NCBI GenBank assembly: GCA_965203045.1
Contig: OZ241850.1
Location: 1,586,889 to 1,610,888, forward strand
Direction of reading: 5' to 3'
Source: Gammaproteobacteria bacterium
Lineage (GTDB): Bacteria > Pseudomonadota > Gammaproteobacteria > PS1 > Pseudothioglobaceae
Length of the DNA stretch: 24,000 bases
Shown here: positions 8,949 through 18,506 of the stretch, piece by piece
How the letters are laid out: each line of letters starts with the position of its first letter
Position numbering within the stretch: the first letter of the stretch is position 1
Position numbers and translations under genes: made by a program
The notes under the pieces: generated by a model
What the model saw: only the letters and a program-made list of their open reading frames with translations
What the model was told of the DNA's origin: nothing
The model's database searches: none

Positions 8949-9478
8949 CGTAATTGGGACTCCAGCCCCTCAGAAGGTAAAAGATAGCTTTCGGTAATAA
9001 CACTAATTAAATATCGCCCAGCAGCTTTAATATAACGCAGAGTAATAATTTGTTTTATTTTAGCAATTTCTACTTCGCTTTGAATAGCGCTTTTTGAGTT
9101 ATCCCAACGAATAATAGCTAGCAACTCAACTGTTGAAAAATCTTTACTTGCTCTTTTGAGATAAAGTCGGGTTAGCTGATGGTTGCCACCTTGAAAAGAT
9201 TGTTTGCGTTGTTTAATGCTTTGTTGTATTGTTTGTTGGCTATTAACCCCTAATAGGTCTAATTTAGCATCAGGCGCTAGCATCGTTTTCAAATCATAAG
9301 CATTATTATCTAATGCATCTAACCATTGGTTAACAACTTTGCTTGTTGATAAAACCACCGCTGCTTCTGTATTAGGTAATTTGGAGGCGATAACGGTATG
9401 GCATAACAACAAACATACCACCCAGCCACACCGTATAATTATATTGTGTGGCTGGGTTTTTGTCCTCAACAAAGACAT
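8942..9478 (-). CDS. Exported hypothetical protein, possibly NTF2/SnoaL-like fold
   Basis: The 178-aa ORF sits tightly between nirK (17-nt gap) and the Sco fusion (7-nt overlap). It has a hydrophobic N-terminal signal or anchor (GWVVCLLLCHTVIA). The following VVNQWLDALDNNAYDLKTMLAPDAKLDL resembles the first helix of SnoaL/NTF2-like domains. I recognise no family. Confidence 0.6.
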   Translation of the reverse strand: MSLLRTKTQPHNIIIRCGWVVCLLLCHTVIASKLPNTEAAVVLSTSKVVNQWLDALDNNAYDLKTMLAPDAKLDLLGVNSQQTIQQSIKQRKQSFQGGNHQLTRLYLKRASKDFSTVELLAIIRWDNSKSAIQSEVEIAKIKQIITLRYIKAAGRYLISVITESYLLPSEGLESQLRC

Positions 9479-9495
9479 GTCAAAATAATTGCTGT

Positions 9496-10614
9496 TTAAT
9501 TGACTATTTTCCTAGGCGCCACAACTTGTTTCATCAAGTCATTATTCCATTCTCCTTCAACATTAATATGAGAAATCGCGCCTAAAACAAAAGCTTCAAT
9601 CAGATTATGAGATAAATACACATAAATGCCAGGCTGTTCAAATGTATAAATAAAAGCACCGGCAGAACCAGCAGCAATTACCCAACTTTCCAGATTAAGT
9701 GCTGGTGCATTATCAAAACTGCCTCGCTCCCAAACATAATCTCCATGACCGCCTATAAGATGCGGATAGGACTGCCTATTAGCTTGGGAATGAATAAACA
9801 AAACAGTTTCACCAACTTTAGCGCGCATGGCATTTTTACCCGTTAAAGCGCCTACTGTGCCGCCAAAAGGAACATGAGTTGGTATTAAAGTTTTCATAAC
9901 TTCTAAATCATCGCTAAAAGAAGCAATAGGATTGTCATAGCGTTTATATTTACCATTTTTATCCTTAGGCAAATAATAATCTTGCTCACCAATATAATAG
10001 GCTCTATCATATTTAATTGGATTGCCTTTATCATCTTTGAGTCCATCTCTGGGCAACACCATCACCGCTCCATTCATACCATGGACAACATGCCAAGGCA
10101 CCATACTGCCGCCAGGTGCACAATGGTAAACAAAAACACCCGCTTTAGTCGCCTTCCATCTTAAAACTACTTCTTCGCCTGGATTGATTAAAGTTAGCGC
10201 GCCGCCACCTAGAGCGCCAGTACTAGAATGAAAATCAATATTATGAGGGAGTTTATTGGTTTTCGGATTTACCAAAGTCAACTCAACATAATCTCCTTCA
10301 TGAGCGACTACGATAGGGCCAGGCACACTACCGTTGTAAGTAAAAGCCCAAACAAAAACTCCCGGCTCTATTTCAATCTCTTTTTCCTCAACAACCATTC
10401 TAGTTCGAATAATTTTAGGATTGTCCGTTGCTACTTGTTCGTGTTTGGGTAAAAAAGGCGGCGTGACTAATTCTTGTTTTACTATTTGTAAATTTTCTCC
10501 CAGTTCCCATTCTTTGAGCTGTTGCTCATAGTCCAGTAAGTCTTCTTCACTATAAGCAAATATAAAATTGCTTAATAAAAAAACTACTAATGAATATATT
10601 ATTTTATGTATCAT
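9496..10614 (-). CDS. nirK: Copper-containing nitrite reductase NirK
   Basis: Signal peptide. Type-2 Cu motif HNIDFH and type-1 Cu loop [24 protein letters not shown], in a two-cupredoxin-domain protein of 372 aa. A strong SD (GGAGG, complement of 10619-10623) precedes the ATG. Confidence 0.93.
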   Translation of the reverse strand: MIHKIIYSLVVFLLSNFIFAYSEEDLLDYEQQLKEWELGENLQIVKQELVTPPFLPKHEQVATDNPKIIRTRMVVEEKEIEIEPGVFVWAFTYNGSVPGPIVVAHEGDYVELTLVNPKTNKLPHNIDFHSSTGALGGGALTLINPGEEVVLRWKATKAGVFVYHCAPGGSMVPWHVVHGMNGAVMVLPRDGLKDDKGNPIKYDRAYYIGEQDYYLPKDKNGKYKRYDNPIASFSDDLEVMKTLIPTHVPFGGTVGALTGKNAMRAKVGETVLFIHSQANRQSYPHLIGGHGDYVWERGSFDNAPALNLESWVIAAGSAGAFIYTFEQPGIYVYLSHNLIEAFVLGAISHINVEGEWNNDLMKQVVAPRKIVN

Positions 10615-10628
10615 ATTTCCTCCTTTTG

Positions 10629-10880
10629 TTAAATATTTTTTGCTTCTTTTTTACCAATAGTTAATAAGTCCCAAATCAACAAGACCAATCCTAACGTAGT
10701 TACATAACCCATTACTTGACGCCACCACAAGCCTTCTACAAACCATGGGTGGATTTGAGCTTTGAAATAGCCCAACCAAGTTGAACCTTCAATAGCCCTT
10801 TCAATTTGAGATTGCTCATATCCTGAGATAAGTAAAGCGATTGTCATTCCCATAACACCAATCAAAACACATTTATCCAA
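10629..10880 (-). pseudogene. Probable remnant of a heme-copper oxidase family gene (NorB/CcoN-like C-terminal two helices)
   Basis: The 83 codons have no ATG start: the track uses TTG, and the frame is open back to 10925. Two predicted TM helices flank LGYFKAQ...LWWRQVMG...LLIWDLL. This resembles the NorB C-terminus (GYFDAR/GYWHARS...EWxRxPGD...) and also the CcoN C-terminus (HPYYxxR..GG). The rest of any such ~450-aa protein is absent. Confidence 0.4.
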
Positions 10881-11062
10881 GATAACAGAACAACGCAGAT
10901 AGATAAGAGAAAAGACGTCTTTATATTATATGATAACAAAACAAATTAGCTTATATTATTAATAAGACTAATCAACATTTATAAAACATCATACTGATTG
11001 TTTAAATAATTATATATCTTTTAAGACCTTTCCTTTTGCTATGATATTATTTAATTAACCAA

Positions 11063-11968
11063 TTATTCCTTATATTTTTTGTCATCTTCTATATCAAACC
11101 CGCCTTCTTTAAAAATACTACTAACTAAAATATCCTCATCCTCAATAGTCATAAGGTCTTCTTTGTTAATATCAGCATTAGCATTAAAGAGTCTGTTTGC
11201 TTGACGAAGGCGGGCTCTATCAATAGCGTTGCGCACTGATCTTGCATTGGCAAAATGCGCTGACTTCATTCTAAGCTTAATGTATTTTAAAAATGCCGCC
11301 TCAGAGCTATCACTAAAATGATAGTTTAGTTGCTGCAACATTAATTTTGCTATTGCCAATAATTCTTCAGCGCCATAATCAGGAAAATCAATATGATGTG
11401 CTACACGGGAACGCATACCAGGATTAGAATGAAAGAAGGTTTCCATTTTATCTTTATATCCAGCTAATATAACCACCAAATCATCTCGATTATTTTCCAT
11501 CACCTGCAATAATATCTCTATTGATTCAGCGCCATAATCACGTTCATTTTCCGGTTTATAAAGATAATATGCTTCATCAATAAACAAAACCCCGCCCATA
11601 GCCTTTTTAATAATTTCTTTGGTTTTAGGAGCAGTATGCCCAATATATTGACCGACTAAATCATCTCTGGTTACCGTTACTAAATGCCCTTCACGAACAT
11701 AGCCTAAACCTTTTAAAATTTCGCCCATACGCACAGCAACAGTAGTTTTACCAGTGCCGGGATTGCCAGTAAAACTCATATGTAGCGTAGGTGATTGGCT
11801 AGATAGCTCAAAAGACTTACGCATTTTATCTATTAGTAATAGGGCAGCAATTTCACGAATTCTAGTTTTAACAGGTTTTAGACCTATAAGTTCTTTATCT
11901 AGTTGTTCTAAAATGCCTTGAATTTGCGAATCTTTTAAAATTTGTGCTAAATTAATTTTCTCGCTCAT
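11063..11968 (-). CDS. cbbX: Red-type RuBisCO activase CbbX (AAA+)
   Basis: Near-canonical CbbX blocks: [20 protein letters not shown], Walker [39 protein letters not shown], Walker [23 protein letters not shown], and [10 protein letters not shown]. It is not a CbbQ/NorQ (MoxR-type) protein. Confidence 0.93.
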   Translation of the reverse strand: MSEKINLAQILKDSQIQGILEQLDKELIGLKPVKTRIREIAALLLIDKMRKSFELSSQSPTLHMSFTGNPGTGKTTVAVRMGEILKGLGYVREGHLVTVTRDDLVGQYIGHTAPKTKEIIKKAMGGVLFIDEAYYLYKPENERDYGAESIEILLQVMENNRDDLVVILAGYKDKMETFFHSNPGMRSRVAHHIDFPDYGAEELLAIAKLMLQQLNYHFSDSSEAAFLKYIKLRMKSAHFANARSVRNAIDRARLRQANRLFNANADINKEDLMTIEDEDILVSSIFKEGGFDIEDDKKYKE

Positions 11969-12063
11969 ATTTCTACGCCATTGATAACAGAATTATTAAA
12001 ACCTTACGTCTAACTATACTAGAAACTACCACTAACAGTAAACAAGGTTTAATACTAGTGATA

Positions 12064-12093
12064 ATACAAAGATGATAAAAATCACCTTTGTAT
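12064..12093 (-). terminator. Stem-loop 8 nt downstream of the cbbS stop (intercistronic hairpin or attenuator)
   Basis: ATACAAAGATGAT-AAAA-ATCACCTTTGTAT pairs at 12 of 13 positions around a 4-nt loop. No clear U-tract follows on the minus strand, so it may be a partial terminator or an mRNA-stabilising element rather than a classic intrinsic terminator. Confidence 0.45.
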
Positions 12094-12101
12094 CTGTTTA
12101 C

Positions 12102-12536
12102 TTAGTATCTTTCCATTTCAGGCTTGTCGCTAGAATAAGGAAGAATTGTATAACTAATATGACGTTCTTGTTGTTCTTGACGAATAAGCTTATAACCAGC
12201 CTCTTTTGAGGGACGATTAACAATAAAACTCATCTTAACCGATTCCCAACCACGAGTTGAATCAAATGCAGTAATACGTACATAATGATTGGGAAAGGTC
12301 TTACGACATGCATTAACTTCCATCATAATACCCGCTGGGTCTTTGAGGTCAAACATAGGATTGCCAAACATTTCCCAATAGGTGTTGCGAGGATGAGGGT
12401 CATCAGTGTATTCAATACCCACTGCCCATGAGTTTTTTAAAGCGTATTTAACTTGCGCGGTAATTTGCGCATCAGTTAAATCAGGCAAAAATGAAAATTG
12501 TCCTTGAGTAATACGATTGCCAGGATTTGTCATCAT
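12102..12536 (-). CDS. cbbS: RuBisCO small subunit, red-type
   Basis: RITQGQFSFLPDLTDAQI N-terminus, DDPHPRNTYWEMFG, and the long C-terminal extension (...IRQEQQERHISYTILPYSSDKPEMERY) typical of form IC/ID small subunits. Confidence 0.95.
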   Translation of the reverse strand: MMTNPGNRITQGQFSFLPDLTDAQITAQVKYALKNSWAVGIEYTDDPHPRNTYWEMFGNPMFDLKDPAGIMMEVNACRKTFPNHYVRITAFDSTRGWESVKMSFIVNRPSKEAGYKLIRQEQQERHISYTILPYSSDKPEMERY

Positions 12537-12563
12537 AATACATTCTCCTATTAAATTATTAAA

Positions 12564-14140
<1,577 letters not shown>

Positions 14141-14344
14141 ATGAATGTGACTAGCGAAAAAGATAATAAGCTCAGTATGAAAAGAATTAAATTACAAGAA
14201 GAGTTTAATAACTATACCAACGAAAATGGCTTTTCCTATGCAGAATGGTTGAATCCGCCAGCAGGTAGTTTCTATGAAACTTATAAAAAAGAATTAGATG
14301 AAATAAATGCAAAAATTGCACCAGAGCTAAATTATAACGACTAA
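14141..14344 (+). CDS. Small hypothetical protein (67 aa, acidic, no recognised family)
   Basis: Good SD (AGGAG) with 8-nt spacing to the ATG. The ORF is followed by a hairpin plus T-tract. It occupies the position where cbbR normally sits, but it is far too short and shows no HTH signature. Confidence 0.5.
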   Translation: MNVTSEKDNKLSMKRIKLQEEFNNYTNENGFSYAEWLNPPAGSFYETYKKELDEINAKIAPELNYND

Positions 14345-14368
14345 CTCAACTAAAAAATTACTAATATC

Positions 14369-14397
14369 AAGCCCCCTATTTTGGGGGTTTTGTTTTT
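14369..14397 (+). terminator. Intrinsic-terminator-like hairpin with T-tract
   Basis: The core stem CCCCC (14372-14376) pairs with GGGGG (14383-14387) around a TATTTT loop. It can extend by AAG/TTT pairing and is followed by TTTTGTTTTT. It ends 4 nt before the argD ATG. Confidence 0.5.
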
Positions 14398-14400
14398 ATT

Positions 14401-15552
14401 ATGTCCTATTTATTTAATAATTATAACCCATTAGATATTGCCTTTGAAAAGGGCAAGGGCTGCTACCTATACGCTAATAATAACAAGTATTTAGATGCTT
14501 TTTCAGGAGTTGGAGTTGTTAATTTAGGACATAATCACCCCCAAATTAGTAAAGTAATTGCTAAACAAGCAAAAACCTTGCTACATACCTCTAATTGGTA
14601 TCGCATAACTAACGAAGAATACTTGGGACAAAAATTGGCTAAATTAGCAAATATGCAAAAAGTTTTTTTTAGCAATTCTGGGGCTGAAGCCAATGAAACC
14701 GCTATCAAGCTAACTAGACTTTATGCAAAAACTAAGGGCATTGATAATCCAATCATATTAACTGCTAACAACGCTTTCCACGGCAGAACTATGGCGACAA
14801 TTTCTGCTACTGGTAGTAATAAAGTAAAAAAAGGTTTCGCACCTCTAGTGCCTGAATTTATTCACATTGATTTTAACAATATTGATGCAATTAATAGTTA
14901 TGCTGATAATAAAAATATAATTGGACTAATGCTAGAGCCTATTTTAGGCGAGGCGGGAGTCATCATACCTGCCAATAATTACCTAAACCAAGCCCAAGCA
15001 ATTTGTGAACAAAATAACTGGTTGTTTATCTTAGATGAAGTCCAAACTGGTATTGGCAGGACCGGTAAATTATTTGCCCATCAACATAACAATATTACCC
15101 CCGATATCTTAACACTAGCTAAAGGGTTAGGCAATGGTGTGCCCATTGCTGCTTGTCTGGGCGGGCATAAGGTAGCCAAACTATTCACTCCTGGTAGCCA
15201 TGGTAGCACCTATGGCGGCAATCCTTTTTGTACCAAAGTTGCGCTAACAGTGCTAGAAATTATTACAAAAGAACAGATTTTAGAAAATGTTATCAAAATG
15301 TCTGACTATTTTTTAGACCAAGCTGAAAAAACTCTAATCAGTCCTAAGATTAAAAATATTCGTGCCAAAGGTTTAATGGTCGGCATTACTTTGGATAAAA
15401 CTTATTCCAAATTAGCACAAAAAGCCTTAGATTTAGGCGTGTTGTTGGGTGTTAATGACCAGCATATTCGTTTATTACCGCCACTTATTATTACGCAAAA
15501 AGATATAGACTTTTTGCTAACAAAATTAAAGTTACTACTGGAGTCATTATGA
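14401..15552 (+). CDS. argD: Acetylornithine aminotransferase
   Basis: Class III aminotransferase: GVGVVNLGHNHPQ, FILDEVQTGIGRTG, and the PLP-lysine region DILTLAKGLGNGVPI. Overlaps the argF start by 4 nt. Confidence 0.88.
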   Translation: MSYLFNNYNPLDIAFEKGKGCYLYANNNKYLDAFSGVGVVNLGHNHPQISKVIAKQAKTLLHTSNWYRITNEEYLGQKLAKLANMQKVFFSNSGAEANETAIKLTRLYAKTKGIDNPIILTANNAFHGRTMATISATGSNKVKKGFAPLVPEFIHIDFNNIDAINSYADNKNIIGLMLEPILGEAGVIIPANNYLNQAQAICEQNNWLFILDEVQTGIGRTGKLFAHQHNNITPDILTLAKGLGNGVPIAACLGGHKVAKLFTPGSHGSTYGGNPFCTKVALTVLEIITKEQILENVIKMSDYFLDQAEKTLISPKIKNIRAKGLMVGITLDKTYSKLAQKALDLGVLLGVNDQHIRLLPPLIITQKDIDFLLTKLKLLLESL

Positions 15553-16448
15553 AAAAAGATTTGATTGATTTAAGCGATTTAACTCAAACTGATTATCATA
15601 ACATTATAAGACTTGCTATAAACACTAAGACTAATTATCAAAATGGCGTTATAAATGAGCAATTAAAACATAAAACTTTAGCAATGATTTTTGATAAATC
15701 TTCAACTAGAACAAGAGTTTCTTTTGAAGCGGGAATGACTCAATTAGGTGGACACGCTATCTTTTTATCTAATAAAGATACTCAACTACGACGTAATGAG
15801 AGTATTGAAGATAGCGCTAGGGTAATTGGTGCTATGGTAGACTTAGTAATGTTGCGTTTATCTAGCCATGAGGATATAAAAACTTTTGCCAAGAACTCGC
15901 AGGCGTCAGTTATTAATGGCTTATCTGATTATTCTCACCCCTGTCAATTATTAGCAGATTTACTTACCTATAACGAGTATCGTGGTGATATAGAAGGTAA
16001 AACTGTAGCTTGGGTTGGCGATAGTAATAATATGTGTACAACTTATATACAAGCCGCTAAACTTTGTGATTTTAAACTCAATGTTGCCACACCTCCTAAG
16101 TATAGACCTAATATAAATTTAGTAAAAAAATATCAAAACTATATTTGCCTAACCAATCCTGAAGATGCTTGTAAAGATGCTGATTTAATTGTTACTGATG
16201 TCTGGTCAAGCATGGGACAAGAACAAAATAAAAACAAAAAGGAGCAAGACTTTAAAATGTATAAAATAACATCTAAACTAATGAATCTTGCAAAAACTGA
16301 TGCTTTATTTATGCACTGTTTACCGGCTTACCGCGATAAAGAAGTAGATAGTGCTGTGATTGACGGGACCCAAAGCGTAGTATTTGCTGCGGCAGAAAAT
16401 CGCTTGCATGCCCAAAAAGCGTTGTTATTATACTTACTGGATAACTAA
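15549..16448 (+). CDS. argF: Ornithine carbamoyltransferase
   Basis: Carbamoyl-phosphate motif SSTRTRVSFE, HPCQLLADL, DVWSSMGQE and HCLPAYR. Confidence 0.92.
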   Translation: MKKDLIDLSDLTQTDYHNIIRLAINTKTNYQNGVINEQLKHKTLAMIFDKSSTRTRVSFEAGMTQLGGHAIFLSNKDTQLRRNESIEDSARVIGAMVDLVMLRLSSHEDIKTFAKNSQASVINGLSDYSHPCQLLADLLTYNEYRGDIEGKTVAWVGDSNNMCTTYIQAAKLCDFKLNVATPPKYRPNINLVKKYQNYICLTNPEDACKDADLIVTDVWSSMGQEQNKNKKEQDFKMYKITSKLMNLAKTDALFMHCLPAYRDKEVDSAVIDGTQSVVFAAAENRLHAQKALLLYLLDN

Positions 16449-16958
16449 AGATTGCGATTGTTGTTGTTCATCGTAAATATCAATGCTAAAATCAGTTACT
16501 TCATAATTTGGAAAAATAACTATTTGCGGGAAAATAAAATCTTCAATTTCAATATCATCAAGGGCGATTGTATCGCCCTCAACGTTTAAATCAATTAAAT
16601 TAATCTCATCTAAGTCCCATTTCTGTTCCTTTAATACATCAACGCTTGATAATGGTCTCCAAGTAGAACTGCTGGGCTTTAAAAAAGTTGCCGTGCCTAC
16701 TGGAGGGTGATAATTGGAAAAATAATAACCGTTTTGATGAAAAGTAAGCCCCAAAACCTTTTGCTTAAAAGTAGCGTAATCAAGGGCATAATTAACTTGA
16801 TGTTCTAATTGGTCAATGGTGTTTTTAAGGGTAGTTTCAGTAACAAATTTAAAATTGATATTAGATAGCACAAATGCCATAATAAACATAACAATTAAAA
16901 TTTCTATTAAACTAAATCCTTTGTTATAGTCTATCTTACCAGTTACCAATGTCTGCAT
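16434..16958 (-). CDS. gspH: T2SS minor pseudopilin GspH
   Basis: Prepilin-type N-terminus KG/FSLIEILIVMFIMAF, with size and position next to gspG as expected. I prefer ATG 16958; the ORF-track start at 16976 is GTG. Either start overlaps the gspG 3' end. The 3' end overlaps argF convergently. Confidence 0.7.
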   Translation of the reverse strand: MQTLVTGKIDYNKGFSLIEILIVMFIMAFVLSNINFKFVTETTLKNTIDQLEHQVNYALDYATFKQKVLGLTFHQNGYYFSNYHPPVGTATFLKPSSSTWRPLSSVDVLKEQKWDLDEINLIDLNVEGDTIALDDIEIEDFIFPQIVIFPNYEVTDFSIDIYDEQQQSQSLVIQ

Positions 16959-17310
16959 CGTTGCCTGTGCCACCACTAGCTCTGTCTTTTCCTAGTGTAT
17001 AAACATCAATCTCGCCACCTTTATTTCCCGGATTAACGTAAATATAATCTTGTCCCCAAGGGTCTTTGGGTAATTTATTAAGATAATTACTTACCAAAAC
17101 CCTTAAACCTTCATCTGAGCCAGGATAATCACCATGATTTAGACGATAAATATCCAAAGCGCCAGTGATAGCTTTGATATCTTGCTGTGCCTTAGTTGTG
17201 TAAGCCTTATCAATTTGACCAAAAAATTTAGGCACCGCAATTGCACCTAGCAAACCCAAAATAAACATCACCACCAAAATCTCAATTAAACTAAATCCAC
17301 TTTGCTTCAT
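16936..17310 (-). CDS. gspG: T2SS major pseudopilin GspG
   Basis: MKQSGFSLIEILVVMFILGLLGAIAVPKF, then ...LPKDPWGQDYIY..., ending ...DADIGNW. An ideal SD (GGAGG, complement of 17317-17321) lies 6 nt before the ATG, embedded in the last codons of the upstream gene. Confidence 0.93.
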   Translation of the reverse strand: MKQSGFSLIEILVVMFILGLLGAIAVPKFFGQIDKAYTTKAQQDIKAITGALDIYRLNHGDYPGSDEGLRVLVSNYLNKLPKDPWGQDYIYVNPGNKGGEIDVYTLGKDRASGGTGNDADIGNW

Positions 17311-18087
17311 TTATATCCTCCCACTTATTTTCAACAATCTACCCTTACCAGACTGATGACCCACTAATGATAACATATCCACTAAATCTTTGGGCGCATT
17401 TATTTTAGGAATAAGACTAATATTTGTTTGATATTTACCATTCAAATCCAAGCTGGCAAAACCATTAATATTAACATTGCTAGTAGTATTTTCATTAAAT
17501 AAATTAGCAATAATCTTTTCTTTTTTATCATCTAGTTTAACTGCAATACTAACTTGACCTAGGTTTTGTCCAAAAACAGTAAAATTAAGTGCTTTTACTT
17601 TTCCGCTAAGGGCTATTAGCTTTTTTTGATTAATAATAACCTCATCCATATTAACCAAAACTTTGCCTGCAATTGGAAAGTCTTGATGCAGTTTTAATAA
17701 TAAATCTTTTAAAGTTAAATTAGCCCTAAGTTCGTTTAGTTCAATTACATTAGATAGGCTATAATTCCAATCAGTACTTAAAGTAGATTGCCCCAATGTT
17801 AGTTGTATTTGTCCTGCTAGTTTTAACAATAATAACTTTGCTAAATACAATTCCCAACCTAATTTATCAAGGTAAATATTATGCTTAAATGCGGGTAAAA
17901 ATTGCCCAAAAGAAGTAGGACTAAAGTTTAATTGCTGCATATTGCCTTGTAATATCTCACCCTCAAAGCTATTGATGTTAATGTGTTTAGGCACATAAAA
18001 TTTAAGTAGCGCACTCGGAGCGGTAGTAATTACAAATACTAAGGCTGCTAATAAAAATGCAGATAAATACATTAATGTTTTTTTCAT
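17311..18087 (-). CDS. gspN: Probable T2SS protein GspN
   Basis: 258 aa with a single N-terminal TM helix, located immediately after gspM with a 4-nt overlap. The assignment rests mainly on position and size. No PDZ-like segment suggests GspC instead. Confidence 0.5.
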   Translation of the reverse strand: MKKTLMYLSAFLLAALVFVITTAPSALLKFYVPKHININSFEGEILQGNMQQLNFSPTSFGQFLPAFKHNIYLDKLGWELYLAKLLLLKLAGQIQLTLGQSTLSTDWNYSLSNVIELNELRANLTLKDLLLKLHQDFPIAGKVLVNMDEVIINQKKLIALSGKVKALNFTVFGQNLGQVSIAVKLDDKKEKIIANLFNENTTSNVNINGFASLDLNGKYQTNISLIPKINAPKDLVDMLSLVGHQSGKGRLLKISGRI

Positions 18088-18506
18088 CGCTCTAATTTCA
18101 CTTTGCCATTAACCAGACCATCACCAACGCGAGTTAAGTTTAATTCTAATACATTGATAGAAAAACTTTTTGCTTCAATTAAAAAGGTAATCAAGCGCCT
18201 ATAATCAGCTGATTTTAACGCAACAGAAGCAGTATTTTTATCAATACTAATTTTATTAAATCCTTGATTTAATCTATTTTTATCACGCAAACGACTAATA
18301 TCTCCCAATAAAGACCCGCTACTTGGACGATTAGTATTAACAGCAATATTTTTTGCCAAATTTTGCATATGTTGATAGTCTTTTTGTTTGATTATAAGCC
18401 TTGAGTGTTGGTCTTTGTAATTCTGGTTGAGATTATCAATTAGCAATAAGTACATCAAGATAAAAATTACACCAACACCAATATTGGTAAGCACAGATCT
18501 ATTCAT
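18084..18506 (-). CDS. gspM: T2SS inner-membrane protein GspM
   Basis: 140 aa with one N-terminal TM helix (IGVGVIFILMYLLLI) and a 4-nt overlap with gspL. Position and size fit GspM. Confidence 0.6.
   Translation of the reverse strand: MNRSVLTNIGVGVIFILMYLLLIDNLNQNYKDQHSRLIIKQKDYQHMQNLAKNIAVNTNRPSSGSLLGDISRLRDKNRLNQGFNKISIDKNTASVALKSADYRRLITFLIEAKSFSINVLELNLTRVGDGLVNGKVKLER

Noticed and set aside
9982-10452. Plus-strand ORFs 9982-10164 and 10228-10452, antisense to nirK
   Set aside because: Shadow ORFs within a gene whose Cu-ligand motifs are all intact on the minus strand.
10615-11062. Search for an FNR/NnrR-type box (TTGAT-N4-ATCAA) or similar upstream of nirK
   Set aside because: I found only half-sites with wrong spacing, for example TTAATAAGACTAATCAA around 10959-10975. 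There is nothing I can support.
11063-11968. Initial guess that the AAA+ gene after cbbS is cbbQ/norQ (MoxR-type), which would have linked it to the NorB-like stub
   Set aside because: The sequence blocks ([40 protein letters not shown]) are those of CbbX, the red-type activase, not CbbQ/NorQ.
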